The notes: generated by a model not told the origin, from the sequence alone. DNA of 64,000 nucleotides from Candidatus Kaftiobacterium secundum (GCA_031459765.1 JAVKHY010000011.1:14247-78246); one strand, 5' to 3'. Shown: positions 1 through 8,819, numbered from the stretch's first letter. Program-made: numbers and translations.

Positions 1-380
1 TCCTCGGTGAGCAACACGCGGACGCCGTGCTCCCGGCAGAGCGCCGCGATCTGCGCGTCGAAGGCCAGGTTGCCCGTGGCGCGCGCTTCGCGAGCGATCT
101 CCCGGAACAGCGGCCAGTACGCTTCGCCGGGAGTCAGGACCAGGAGGCTAGGGCTGGCGAGTAGGGCCTCAAGGGCGCTGAGCGCTTCTTCCAGGGGAGA
201 GGGTGGTCTCAGCACCCGCGGATGCGTGACGACGCGGACAAATTCGCCCAGGCAGAAGATCGGCAGGCCCCATGAGGACGGTCCCTCGGCCAGTTCCGTC
301 AAGCGCCGGAGCGCTGCCGCATGCAGCGGGAGTTCCTCTCGATGAGCATAGATGAGGATGTTGGTATCGACCGCGATCAG
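1..380 (-). CDS. vapC: PIN-domain VapC toxin, 3' end cut by window edge
   Basis: Reverse-strand translation reads LIAVDTNILIYAHREELPLHAAALRRL..., a PIN fold with the N-terminal DTN motif. Its 5' end overlaps the antitoxin stop as cTGA. No canonical ATG/GTG/TTG start is in frame (see findings). Confidence 0.55.
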   Translation of the reverse strand, partial: MIAVDTNILIYAHREELPLHAAALRRLTELAEGPSSWGLPIFCLGEFVRVVTHPRVLRPPSPLEEALSALEALLASPSLLVLTPGEAYWPLFREIAREARATGNLAFDAQIAALCREHGVRVLLTE

Positions 381-613
381 CGGCGCCCCTCCATCGCTTC
401 CAGGAGTGCGTCACGGTCGGCGATGTCCACAGCAGGGGGGGCTTCCCCGCGGCGAACCGGCCACTGCAGCCGGTAGGTCCGACGGTGCCCACGCCGGGAC
501 AGGAAGATTCTCAGCGCTTCTTCGAGCAAAGAGGTGAGGGTGCGGCCTTCCCGGGCGGCCCGCTTCTTCGCCTCCCGGATCAGGCTGTCGTCGAGATTGA
601 GCGTGGTGCGCAC
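377..613 (-). CDS. vapB: Ribbon-helix-helix (CopG/VapB-like) antitoxin
   Basis: VRTTLNLDDSLIREAKKRAAREGRTLTSLLEEALR is a typical RHH antitoxin N-terminus. The GTG at 613 is preceded by a GGAGGG SD. The ORF-track ATG at 652 is an alternative start. Confidence 0.6.
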   Translation of the reverse strand: MRTTLNLDDSLIREAKKRAAREGRTLTSLLEEALRIFLSRRGHRRTYRLQWPVRRGEAPPAVDIADRDALLEAMEGRR

Positions 614-630
614 GATTCCCTCCGGCTCCG

Positions 631-2808
631 GTGTGTAGGCACATACGAGCATATCATTTCATGCATAGGTCTGCAAGCTGCGGACGGGAATGCGAAGATA
701 CATATCATCAGCGCGGACAGGCACCTCGATGTGATCGAGGGCATTACGCGCGTCGATCCTCAGGAGGCGGTAGAGCGGAAGCGCTGACCGCAGCCTCTCT
801 GGCCCTGGTTGTCGCCGGCCTGGTTCTCCTCCCTGCGGCGCCCGCACAGACGGCGGAGGGGGGCGAGCTGGCGTACGTGCCGCTGGAGCACCGGTCGTAC
901 CGGGTGCTCGAGCGGATGGCGGCGCTGGGGCTGGTGCCGCTGCGCGCGATCTCGGCGCGGCCGATCACCCGCGAGGAGGCGCGCAGGCTCGTCGAGGAGG
1001 CCTGGCTCAGCCTCCCGCGGATGTCGCCGGAGGTCGCGCGACTTGTCCGGGACGATCTGGAGGCGCTGCGGCGGGAGTTCGCCGCATCTCCGGCGGTCGA
1101 GGCGCGGATCGGCGTCGGCAACTCCTCCTCTCTGGCCGCCCACTATCCCCTGGGCGGTGTCCTCTTCAGCGGGCGGCTGGCCACGGACAGCCCGGCCGGC
1201 GTACCGAGGTCGGAACTGTATGCGTCGTTCCGGCTGGGTTCGGTCGAGATGCAGCTGGGCCGGGCTTCGGTCTTCTGGGGGCCGAGCCTTCGGACCGGCC
1301 TGCTGCTCTCGGATGCCGCCGGGACCCTTCCGCTGTTCCGGCTGACGGCGGATCTGCCGCGGGCCCGGCTGACGAAGGTCCTGGCCTGGCTGGAGCGATC
1401 CGGTGGGACGCCCGCCGGCGACGTGGCGTTCTTCGCGACGCGGCTGGATTACGACCTCAGCCCGGCATTCCGGCTGGGGTTCAGCGAAGCCGTCGTCACC
1501 CCCTGGGGCGGGCCCCTGACCTTCTACCATCTGCTGCAGCCCATCCCCGTGCTCTCAGGGGTCATCGCCTCCTACGACCTGCACGACGCCCTGGGGCAGA
1601 GCCGGAATATGTCGGTGGCGGTGGACTTCGACTGGGTGCCCCGGGTGGGCGTCCGGCTCTACGGGGTCGGCTACATCGACGACGCGCCGGAGCGCATCGC
1701 CGAGCGGCGGGCCCGGGTCGGCCTCCTGGGCGGGGTCTCCCTGGCGGACCCCTTCAGGAACGGACGGACGAGCCTGCGCCTCGAGTACTCGGCCGTCACC
1801 AACGGGACGTACAGTTACGCCCTCGGTCTGGAGCACGCCTATCGCGGACGAAGCCTGGGGCACTGGCTGGGGCCGGACGGCGACGACGTCTACCTGGAAC
1901 TGACGCACAGGCTGAATCCGGCCACGGACCTGCTGGTCTCCTTCGCCTCCAGCCGGCACGGCGAAGGGCGGATCGGTCAGAGCCCGCCCCCGCCGGAGGC
2001 GTGGTTCCTCTCCGGCGTCGTCGAGCACCGTCAGACGCTCGGCCTGCAGCTGCAGAAGCGATACGGTCCGTCCCTGGAGATGAAGTACCGCGCGGAACTG
2101 TCCCGCGTGGCCAACCGCGGCAACCGCTCCGGCGAGGAGGCCTGGGAGGGGCTGCTCGGGGTGGAGTTCACGTACCGGTGGCCGGCCGCCGCGGCCCCGT
2201 CGTCGCCCGCGTCGGCGCCCGGCCGGCCGCTGTCCGTTGACGCGCCGGCGACCTCGATTCAACTGCGCAGCTGGTCGGCCGCGACGGCATCGCGGGGGCC
2301 GCTGGCCGGTCCTCCGTCCAGTAGAGGATACGCGGGCCTGACCGTTCGCCGGCCGCTCGGCACCTTTGCGCTGACGTTCGATTACGACGGGGCCGAGGGG
2401 GAGGCGTTCTGGTCGGCCGAGGTCCACTACCCGGTTGCCCGGTTCCGGGACGGCGCGGTGTCGGTCTTCGCGGGGTGGGGCGGCCTGACGAGCGGAACCG
2501 TCGCCGCCTCCGGCCCCCGGCTGGGCGCGGCGTTTGACTACCGACTGGCCTTCGGGGATCGCACAACACCGCTCTACGTCAGCGGCTCGCTGTCCTCGCC
2601 GCTGCTGCGCGGGATCTGGGCGCCGCGCGAGGGCGGGGCGCCCTTCTACCTGTGGACGTACTACGCGGGCCTGGGTTGGCGCGCCGGGCGGTTCAACCTC
2701 GAGGCGGGCTATCGGGGCGCCGTGGCCGAGCGGCGCGTGGGAACGCCCGAACTGACGGTGATGCGGTGGGACGGCTACTACGTGTCGCTGCAGTACGGGA
2801 TTCGGTAG
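631..2808 (+). CDS. Wzi-like capsule-assembly / outer-membrane family protein (secreted); start uncertain
   Basis: A hydrophobic signal-like segment (LTAASLALVVAGLVLLPAAPAQTA) is followed by a YVPLEHRSYRVLERMAALGLVPLRAISARPITREEARRL motif resembling the Wzi N-terminal region. The remainder is long and rich in beta-type sequence. The stop at 2808 is firm. The true start is probably downstream of 720. Confidence 0.45.
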   Translation: MCRHIRAYHFMHRSASCGRECEDTYHQRGQAPRCDRGHYARRSSGGGRAEALTAASLALVVAGLVLLPAAPAQTAEGGELAYVPLEHRSYRVLERMAALGLVPLRAISARPITREEARRLVEEAWLSLPRMSPEVARLVRDDLEALRREFAASPAVEARIGVGNSSSLAAHYPLGGVLFSGRLATDSPAGVPRSELYASFRLGSVEMQLGRASVFWGPSLRTGLLLSDAAGTLPLFRLTADLPRARLTKVLAWLERSGGTPAGDVAFFATRLDYDLSPAFRLGFSEAVVTPWGGPLTFYHLLQPIPVLSGVIASYDLHDALGQSRNMSVAVDFDWVPRVGVRLYGVGYIDDAPERIAERRARVGLLGGVSLADPFRNGRTSLRLEYSAVTNGTYSYALGLEHAYRGRSLGHWLGPDGDDVYLELTHRLNPATDLLVSFASSRHGEGRIGQSPPPPEAWFLSGVVEHRQTLGLQLQKRYGPSLEMKYRAELSRVANRGNRSGEEAWEGLLGVEFTYRWPAAAAPSSPASAPGRPLSVDAPATSIQLRSWSAATASRGPLAGPPSSRGYAGLTVRRPLGTFALTFDYDGAEGEAFWSAEVHYPVARFRDGAVSVFAGWGGLTSGTVAASGPRLGAAFDYRLAFGDRTTPLYVSGSLSSPLLRGIWAPREGGAPFYLWTYYAGLGWRAGRFNLEAGYRGAVAERRVGTPELTVMRWDGYYVSLQYGIR

Positions 2809-2821
2809 CTTCCGGCTCCGG

Positions 2822-3268
2822 TCAGGGGACCAGCACGAAGCCGGCCGTGACAAAGTGCCGGTCGAAGCCGAAGGCCTGCGTGATGCCCGTCCGCCGCATC
2901 GCCGCAAAGCTCACCGCGTCCGTGGACGAGAAATCCTGGTCGCTGTATTGACGCAGAAGGTCCCGAGCGTCCCCTTCCAGATCCGCGTCGGCGGAGATCA
3001 GGGCCAAGCGGGGAGTCCACTGCAGCCGCTCCAGCAGCGCCCAGGCGACAGGGAATCCCACGGCGCGGCGCAGGAACGTGTAGCTTTCGGCGATCACCAG
3101 GTTCGTCGCCACGACGCGGCGGAACCGGCGGAGGATATCCGGCCAGGCGGCAATCGCCCGGCCATGGTGCGTGTCGTCCCGGGACACCAGCGCGATCCAG
3201 CCGCCGGTGTCCACGAAGATCTCAGCGCCTGCGGCCTTGTGGACTCCGCGCTTGGGTGAGGTAGGCAT
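2822..3268 (-). CDS. vapC: PIN-domain VapC toxin
   Basis: IFVDTGGWIALVSRDD...NLVIAESYTFL...FDRHF carries the acidic PIN motifs. Confidence 0.7.
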   Translation of the reverse strand: MPTSPKRGVHKAAGAEIFVDTGGWIALVSRDDTHHGRAIAAWPDILRRFRRVVATNLVIAESYTFLRRAVGFPVAWALLERLQWTPRLALISADADLEGDARDLLRQYSDQDFSSTDAVSFAAMRRTGITQAFGFDRHFVTAGFVLVP

Positions 3269-3488
3269 CGTGTCGCTCGGCTCCGTCTCTCGGGCCGCCG
3301 GAGGCGGCCAGAGTGGGCAGTTCCATGAGCGGATCGTGTTCAGGAGGCAGGGCTTCCCGGATCACGCGGTCCGCCCCGTCGCGAAGCAGGCGGGCCACCG
3401 AGACGCGGCGGCGGCGGGCGATCTCGCGGAGCACCCGGTGCTGATGCTCCTCCAGGTAGACTTGGACAGGCTTCTTCCTTGGCGACAT
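3222..3488 (-). CDS. vapB: RHH/CopG-type antitoxin
   Basis: VQVYLEEHQHRVLREIARRRRVSVARLLRDGADRVIRE is an RHH motif. It overlaps the vapC start by 47 nt in a different frame. Confidence 0.6.
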   Translation of the reverse strand: MSPRKKPVQVYLEEHQHRVLREIARRRRVSVARLLRDGADRVIREALPPEHDPLMELPTLAASGGPRDGAERHDAYLTQARSPQGRRR

Positions 3489-3504
3489 AATCGCGCCCCT
3501 ATGG

Positions 3505-4674
3505 ATGCTACGTCAAATCATTGGATATTACAAAACGTGCCAGCACACTTCGCGGCCTGCCGGCGCCCCCGTGGTCTGCCGTAATCTGCTGCGCAGGAAA
3601 GCCCGGACCGCCCTGACCGTCGCCGCCGTGGCCCTGAGCATCGGGGCGACGGTGGCGCTGCTGGGGATCAGCACCGGGCTGGTGCGGCAGGTGGCCGCGG
3701 TGGTGTCGGAAGCGGGCAGCGAGCTCACGGTCGTGCAGCGCATCCCCAAGGGGCTGACCTTCGGCTACGTCGGCACGCTGCCCGAGGCGATGGTCGCGGA
3801 GCTGGCGGCGACGGAAGGCATTGCGCGGGTCGGCCCGGTGCTGTTCATCCCCGGCGCGCTGACGCGCGACGTCATCTTCCTCATCTACGGGGTCGAGCCC
3901 GGCGGACTCGAGTTGCGCCGGGCGCGGCTGCTGGTCGGCCGCACGCTGCGCGAGGACGACGGATCCGCCGTCCTCCTGGGGGCCCGGGCGGCGGAGGGGA
4001 TGGGCAAGGGGGTAGGGGACAGCCTGGAGATCGCCGGCAAGACGCTGCCGATCGTCGGCATCTACCGGACGGGCGTCAACCTGGAGGACGGCGGGGCGAT
4101 GATGAGCCTGCGCGGGGCGCAGGAAACCTTCGGCGCGCTGGGGCGGGTCTCGCTCATCAAGGTGAAGGCGGCCGATCGCGCCCGGGTGGAGGCGCTGCGG
4201 GCGGCCATCGAGCGCCGCTATCCCGAGGCCTCGGTCCTGACCTCGGAGGAGTTTGCCGCCGACCGCCTCAACCTGGAGGCGGCGGTGCAGGCCGGGTGGG
4301 CCGTCTCCCTCATCGCCGTCCTGCTGAGCGTCTTCGCCGTGGCCAACACCATGGCGATGAGCGTCCTGGAGCGCGCCCGGGAGATCGGGATCCTCAAAGC
4401 CGTGGGATGGGGCCGCGGCCGGATCGTCCTGCTGTTCTTCGGTGAGTCGCTGGCTCAAAGCGCCGCCGGCGGACTGGCCGGGGTGGGCCTGGGGCTGGCG
4501 GCGCTGCGCCTGCTGAGCAAGACCTACCTCACCCTGCCTCTCCCCACCGCGGCCAGCCCTGCGCTGCTGGCGGGAGCCCTGGCGCTCGCCCTGGCCGTGG
4601 GGGCCGTCGGCGGACTGCTGCCGTCCTGGCGCGCGGCGCGGCTCGATCCCGTGCAGGCGATCCGCCAGCTCTGA
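3505..4674 (+). CDS. ABC transporter permease, FtsX/MacB-LolC-like (4 TM with a large periplasmic loop)
   Basis: RNLLRRKARTALTVAAVALSIGATVALLGI forms TM1. The C-terminal FtsX domain reads ...MSVLERAREIGILKAVGWGRGRIVLLF... An in-frame GTG at 3571 is an alternative start. Confidence 0.75.
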   Translation: MLRQIIGYYKTCQHTSRPAGAPVVCRNLLRRKARTALTVAAVALSIGATVALLGISTGLVRQVAAVVSEAGSELTVVQRIPKGLTFGYVGTLPEAMVAELAATEGIARVGPVLFIPGALTRDVIFLIYGVEPGGLELRRARLLVGRTLREDDGSAVLLGARAAEGMGKGVGDSLEIAGKTLPIVGIYRTGVNLEDGGAMMSLRGAQETFGALGRVSLIKVKAADRARVEALRAAIERRYPEASVLTSEEFAADRLNLEAAVQAGWAVSLIAVLLSVFAVANTMAMSVLERAREIGILKAVGWGRGRIVLLFFGESLAQSAAGGLAGVGLGLAALRLLSKTYLTLPLPTAASPALLAGALALALAVGAVGGLLPSWRAARLDPVQAIRQL

Positions 4675-4714
4675 ACTGGGGTTCTGGGGGAGGTAGCCCT
4701 GCGGGGCTATACTG

Positions 4715-5419
4715 ATGCCGAATCCGCTCGTCGTCCTCCGCCGGGTCACGAAAATCTATCCCCGCGGCATCGTGGCGCTGCAGGAGGTGGACCTCGAGAT
4801 CGGCCGCGGGGAGTTCGTGGCGATCGTCGGGCCCTCGGGCAGCGGAAAGTCCACGCTGCTGCACCTGGTGGGCGGGCTGGACCGGCCGTCCTCGGGGGAG
4901 ATCCGGGTCGGCGGCATGGTCCTGAACGGGCAGCGCGACCTCACCCTGTTCAGGCGGCGGATGGTGGGGTTCGTCTTCCAGTCGCACCATCTGATCCCCG
5001 TGCTCACGGCTCTGGAGAACGTCGAGCTGCCGATGGTCGCCCTGCGTCTGCCGCCGGGGATCCGGCGGGAGCGGGCCGCCCACCTCCTGGCCCGCGTCGG
5101 GTTGAGCCACCGGATGGCCCATCTACCCGGCGACCTCTCCGGCGGAGAGTGCCAGCGCGTGGCCGTGGCCCGGGCCCTGGCCAACGACCCCGCCCTGCTC
5201 CTGGCCGACGAGCCCACCGGAGAACTGGACAGCGAGACCGGCCGGGCCGTGGTCGCGCTGCTGGAGGAACTGAACCGGGAGGGGCGCACCGTCCTCCTCG
5301 TCACCCACAACCCGCAGGTGGCCGCCGCCGCGCGCCGGGAAATCGAGTTGCGCGACGGGCGCATCGCGCGCGACGTGAAGAAGGAGGCGGCCCGTTTCGG
5401 GCCGGGTCTGCGTGTCTAG
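4715..5419 (+). CDS. ABC transporter ATP-binding protein (MacB/LolD family)
   Basis: Walker A GPSGSGKSTLLHLVGG, signature LSGGECQRVAVARAL and Walker B LLLADEPTGELD are all present. Confidence 0.85.
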   Translation: MPNPLVVLRRVTKIYPRGIVALQEVDLEIGRGEFVAIVGPSGSGKSTLLHLVGGLDRPSSGEIRVGGMVLNGQRDLTLFRRRMVGFVFQSHHLIPVLTALENVELPMVALRLPPGIRRERAAHLLARVGLSHRMAHLPGDLSGGECQRVAVARALANDPALLLADEPTGELDSETGRAVVALLEELNREGRTVLLVTHNPQVAAAARREIELRDGRIARDVKKEAARFGPGLRV

Positions 5420-6129
5420 CGCCCGCCGACCGCGAGGAGCTCGATCCGGTCGTCGTGCAGGGTGAGGCGGCGGATGCGCAGATCCAGCGGGTACCGGGAG
5501 AGATCGAGGACGGGATTGACCTTCAGGAGTTCCCGCTCCACCGTTGACTCCGGGACCGCGCCGCCGGCGACGGTCATCGCGGTCACGGCGACCCGCACGA
5601 TCCGCTCCCGTTCCACGATGACCCGGCCGCGCGCCTCGGTCGGGTAGAGCCGGTCGTCCCGCCGCACCGTCGCCGTGATCGTGAACTCTCCGGCGTGGAA
5701 GCGGATCCGCGGCTCGATGATCGCGGAGGAGATCCGGGCCAGGGCCTGGGCCATCGCCGCGGCGGTGCTCCCGGCGACGAGGGTCGCGCCGCCGACCCGG
5801 CGCACCCGCGCCTGCTGCTGCGCCAGCGCCGGCGCCTCCAGGGCGAGGTCGGAGGCCTGGAGCAGGAACTGACCCTCGATGCCGCGCAGAAAGACGGGAC
5901 GGCCGCCGACGGTCAGGCTGTCCAGCACCAGGAGATCGCCGGTCACGCGGGCGCCGGTCACAGAGACGGTGAAGACCGAGGGCGGATCGAAGTAGCGGAG
6001 CAGCAGCGCCCGAACGAGCTGGGCCGCGGCGTCGTCGGAGAGGGGTTGCGACCGCCCGGTGGAAGACGCCGCGGCAACCAGCAGGAGCAGGAAGAGCCCG
6101 CCGATCAGCGCCGCCGGCCTGACCTTCAT
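5416..6129 (-). CDS. Secreted hypothetical protein (DUF2993/LmeA-like)
   Basis: The start MKVRPAALIGGLFLLLLVAAASS has a signal peptide. The ORF frame is continuous to 5416. No catalytic motifs were recognised. Confidence 0.4.
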   Translation of the reverse strand: MKVRPAALIGGLFLLLLVAAASSTGRSQPLSDDAAAQLVRALLLRYFDPPSVFTVSVTGARVTGDLLVLDSLTVGGRPVFLRGIEGQFLLQASDLALEAPALAQQQARVRRVGGATLVAGSTAAAMAQALARISSAIIEPRIRFHAGEFTITATVRRDDRLYPTEARGRVIVERERIVRVAVTAMTVAGGAVPESTVERELLKVNPVLDLSRYPLDLRIRRLTLHDDRIELLAVGGR

Positions 6130-6184
6130 ATTTCCCCCAGGCGGAGGGCGCCTCAATGGTTTCAGACCTTTCACGTCGAGGTGG

Positions 6185-7036
6185 ATGATGATCCGATCAG
6201 CAACGGTCCTCGCCCTGACCATTTTTCTCATGGCCGTGACGGTTTCCCCTGCCGCGGCCCAGTACGCCGCCTCGGGGGGGAAGAACGCCATCCTGGGGAT
6301 CTACCTGACCGCCGGCCGGATGGTGACCCTGGCTCCCTGGACGACCCTGACCCTCGGGGCGACCTATTCGGAGACCCTGGGCACCGAGCCGCTGGTCTCG
6401 CTGGGGTACTCCCGCCCGCTGTCGCCGGGTTGGCACATCGCGTTTGTCGCGTCCTCCGGCGGGATCGGAGGAGACTACCGGGTGGACCGCCTCCCGGAGA
6501 TCAGCCTCTCCCGGGGGGCCCGGCTTCCCGGCACCGGTCTCTCCTACGGTCTGGAACTGGGGGTGGGAAACTACACCGTCCGGCCGAACGGCCTGACCGG
6601 CTACCGACTCCACGCCGCGGCCCGGCTCAGCACGCCGGCCTATCCCCTGGGACGCTTCGCCAGCACGGCCGTCGAGATCGGCTACCGGCAGTTCGCCTAC
6701 ACCGCCGCCGCTCACGGCGCCGGATGGGGAACGGCCCGCCTCACGATCACGCCGGCCCCGCCCCTCTCGCTGACCTTTTCCTACCTGCGGCAGATCCCGT
6801 CCGGCTCGAGCCCGCTGCTGTTCGACGCGATGGGAGAGGAGAGCACGCTGAGCGGCAGCGTGTCCTTCCGGGTGCTGCCGGCGGTGACCCTCAGCCACAC
6901 CCAGGCCTACAGCTACCTCAGCGGGGCCGTCGTCGACCGCATCTACGGGCTGTCCGTGACGGTGCCGCGAGGCCCCACGATTTCGGTGAGCTGGGACACG
7001 GTGGATCAGACCGGATCGCTCTCCTTCTCCTGGTAG
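6185..7036 (+). CDS. Putative outer-membrane beta-barrel protein
   Basis: Signal peptide MMIRSATVLALTIFLMAVTVSPAAAQ. The sequence has alternating hydrophobic, beta-rich composition. The C-terminus ...TGSLSFSW ends in an aromatic residue, typical of an OMP signature. Confidence 0.45.
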   Translation: MMIRSATVLALTIFLMAVTVSPAAAQYAASGGKNAILGIYLTAGRMVTLAPWTTLTLGATYSETLGTEPLVSLGYSRPLSPGWHIAFVASSGGIGGDYRVDRLPEISLSRGARLPGTGLSYGLELGVGNYTVRPNGLTGYRLHAAARLSTPAYPLGRFASTAVEIGYRQFAYTAAAHGAGWGTARLTITPAPPLSLTFSYLRQIPSGSSPLLFDAMGEESTLSGSVSFRVLPAVTLSHTQAYSYLSGAVVDRIYGLSVTVPRGPTISVSWDTVDQTGSLSFSW

Positions 7037-7166
7037 GCGTGTTAAGGCATCGGTACTCAACAACAAAGAGGGACTGCGCGACCGCGTCGCGAACGCCTCA
7101 CAACGGCGGGTCTGTCTTCAGCGGGTCTGTCCTTATCCGAAGGCACAGCAGTCATTCGAGGCGTCT

Positions 7167-7688
7167 ATGGACTCTTTCAATGTCGCGGCCTCGCTGCAGT
7201 GGTTTGCCGTACACACGAAGCCCCGCGAGGAGGGGCGCGCGGCCCGGCTCCTGGGTCTCAAGGGCATCACGACCTTCCTGCCCCGCCTGCTGGTGAGCCA
7301 CCGCCACGGCTCCCGCCGCTGGCAGGCCGCCGAGCCGCTGTTCCCCGGGTATCTCTTCGCCAGATTCCTCTCCGACGCCCAGGTCCTCTCCGTCGTCCGC
7401 TGGACGCCCGGAGTGAAGTACGTGCTGGGCGACGGCAGGAGTCCGGCGCCGGTGCCCGAGGACGTCGTCGCCTACCTGCAGGCTCGGGCCGGCGAAAGCG
7501 GAGTCATCGTCCCTCAAATGCGGTTTCGTCCGGGAATGCGCGTGCGCATCCGCGCCGGGCCTCTCGAGTTCCTGGAAGGGATCATCGATCGCCCCGTCCC
7601 GGGCCGTCAGCGCGTCCGCGTGCTGCTCGAACTGCTGCGGACCGTCGTGTCGGTGGAGGTGGACGTCGACGATCTGGAAGAGGTCTGA
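7167..7688 (+). CDS. NusG-family transcription antiterminator paralog (LoaP/RfaH-like)
   Basis: NGN domain: WFAVHTKPREE...PLFPGYLFARF. KOW motif: FRPGMRVRIRAGPLEFLEGII. Only 173 aa, and it lies outside the secE-nusG-rplK context. Confidence 0.7.
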   Translation: MDSFNVAASLQWFAVHTKPREEGRAARLLGLKGITTFLPRLLVSHRHGSRRWQAAEPLFPGYLFARFLSDAQVLSVVRWTPGVKYVLGDGRSPAPVPEDVVAYLQARAGESGVIVPQMRFRPGMRVRIRAGPLEFLEGIIDRPVPGRQRVRVLLELLRTVVSVEVDVDDLEEV

Positions 7689-7885
7689 GATTTTCGCCGT
7701 TCCCCGCGCGGGGATCAGCGACCCGCGAGGGGGATGTCGCGGACGATGGCATATAATGATGGGGACTGTATCCGGCGCGCCGGGTGGTCGGGCCTGATCG
7801 TCCACCCGGCGCGGCGAAGAGACCTGAGCTCACTCAGGTCGGAGAGATCCGAGCGGGACGGTTCGGCGTGCGCAGCCTCAGGCGG

Positions 7886-8527
7886 ATGGTGCTCTCTCTG
7901 GCGGTCTTCGCCTGCGTCTCATTGTTCCCGGCGCGCGTGCAGTCCCGCAGCGACCCCGCGCCGCCCTCCTTCGAGGAGATCATCTTCAACCTGAAGGCCG
8001 CCAACACCGGGCTGGACACCTTCGAGGCGGAGCAGGTCATCGAGGTGCGGCTGTGGCTGCTGCGCTTCCGCGTCCTGACCACGGTGTACGCCGCGCGGCC
8101 GGGCCGCTACCGCATCGTCGTGCGCGAGGCGCCGCGGTTCCTGCGTCCGCTGGGCACCGTCTTCCAGCACCTGGGCAGCCCCGACGACCTGCTGGCCCTC
8201 TATACGCCCGAGGCGATCGCCTACACCGACGACGGCGAGCGCCGGCTGCTGCGCGTGGCCGTCGTCCGAGGGTCCCGTCCGGCGAACCCGCCGGCGGGGG
8301 AGATGGTGGTCGATCCGGTGCGCTGGCTGGTGGAACGCCTGCGGCTGCGCTACGACTGGGGCGACGTCTTCGCCGAGTACGTCTACGGCCGGATCGAGGG
8401 CTACTGGCTGCCGCTGCAGGTGCCGGTGCGCATCCCGCGCTACGGGATCGAGGCGGTGGCCACCTTCCGGAACTACCGCCTCAACGTGCCCATCCCCGAC
8501 GCCGTCTTCACCTCCGCCCTGCCCTGA
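7886..8527 (+). CDS. Secreted hypothetical protein, LolA/LolB-like fold candidate
   Basis: Signal peptide MVLSLAVFACVSLFPARVQS. A GTG at 7868 is an alternative start. No enzymatic motifs. Confidence 0.35.
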   Translation: MVLSLAVFACVSLFPARVQSRSDPAPPSFEEIIFNLKAANTGLDTFEAEQVIEVRLWLLRFRVLTTVYAARPGRYRIVVREAPRFLRPLGTVFQHLGSPDDLLALYTPEAIAYTDDGERRLLRVAVVRGSRPANPPAGEMVVDPVRWLVERLRLRYDWGDVFAEYVYGRIEGYWLPLQVPVRIPRYGIEAVATFRNYRLNVPIPDAVFTSALP

Positions 8528-8573
8528 AGGTCCCCGCGACCTGATCCCACCGGAGACCCGATCGCGCGGTCCC

Positions 8574-8819
8574 TTAGAATCGGAGATCTCTGAGCAGCGG
8601 GATCAGGATGGCGGTCAGGATGAGGGCGAGGAGCCAGGAGAACTGCGTGTCCATCCGCCGGTGCCGCGCGCCCAGGTTGGCGCGCAGACCCGACAGCTCC
8701 GAGCTGACCTCCGCGCGCAGGGCGGCCAGTTCGCGCTCGACGCCGGCCAGGCGTGCGTTGATCTGCTCGTAGGCTCCTTCGAGCCGTGCCATCCTGACCT
8801 CGAGCGCGTCGAGCGCCAT
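8574..8819 (-). CDS. Small coiled-coil protein with a C-terminal TM anchor
   Basis: 81 aa with a heptad-like segment LEVRMARLEGAYEQINARLAGVERELAALRAEV and a C-terminal hydrophobic helix WLLALILTAILIPLL. Confidence 0.35.
   Translation of the reverse strand: MALDALEVRMARLEGAYEQINARLAGVERELAALRAEVSSELSGLRANLGARHRRMDTQFSWLLALILTAILIPLLRDLRF

Noticed and set aside
7-345. Plus-strand 112-aa ORF at the window start
   Set aside because: It is antisense to a convincing PIN-domain vapC and has low-complexity Arg/Ser composition.
3488-3575. AT-rich patch between vapB and the ABC permease as a leaderless vapB promoter (TTGACG-N17/18-GATTAT)
   Set aside because: The best -10 candidate overlaps the vapB start codon itself, so the geometry does not work. 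I kept it only as a generic divergent control region.
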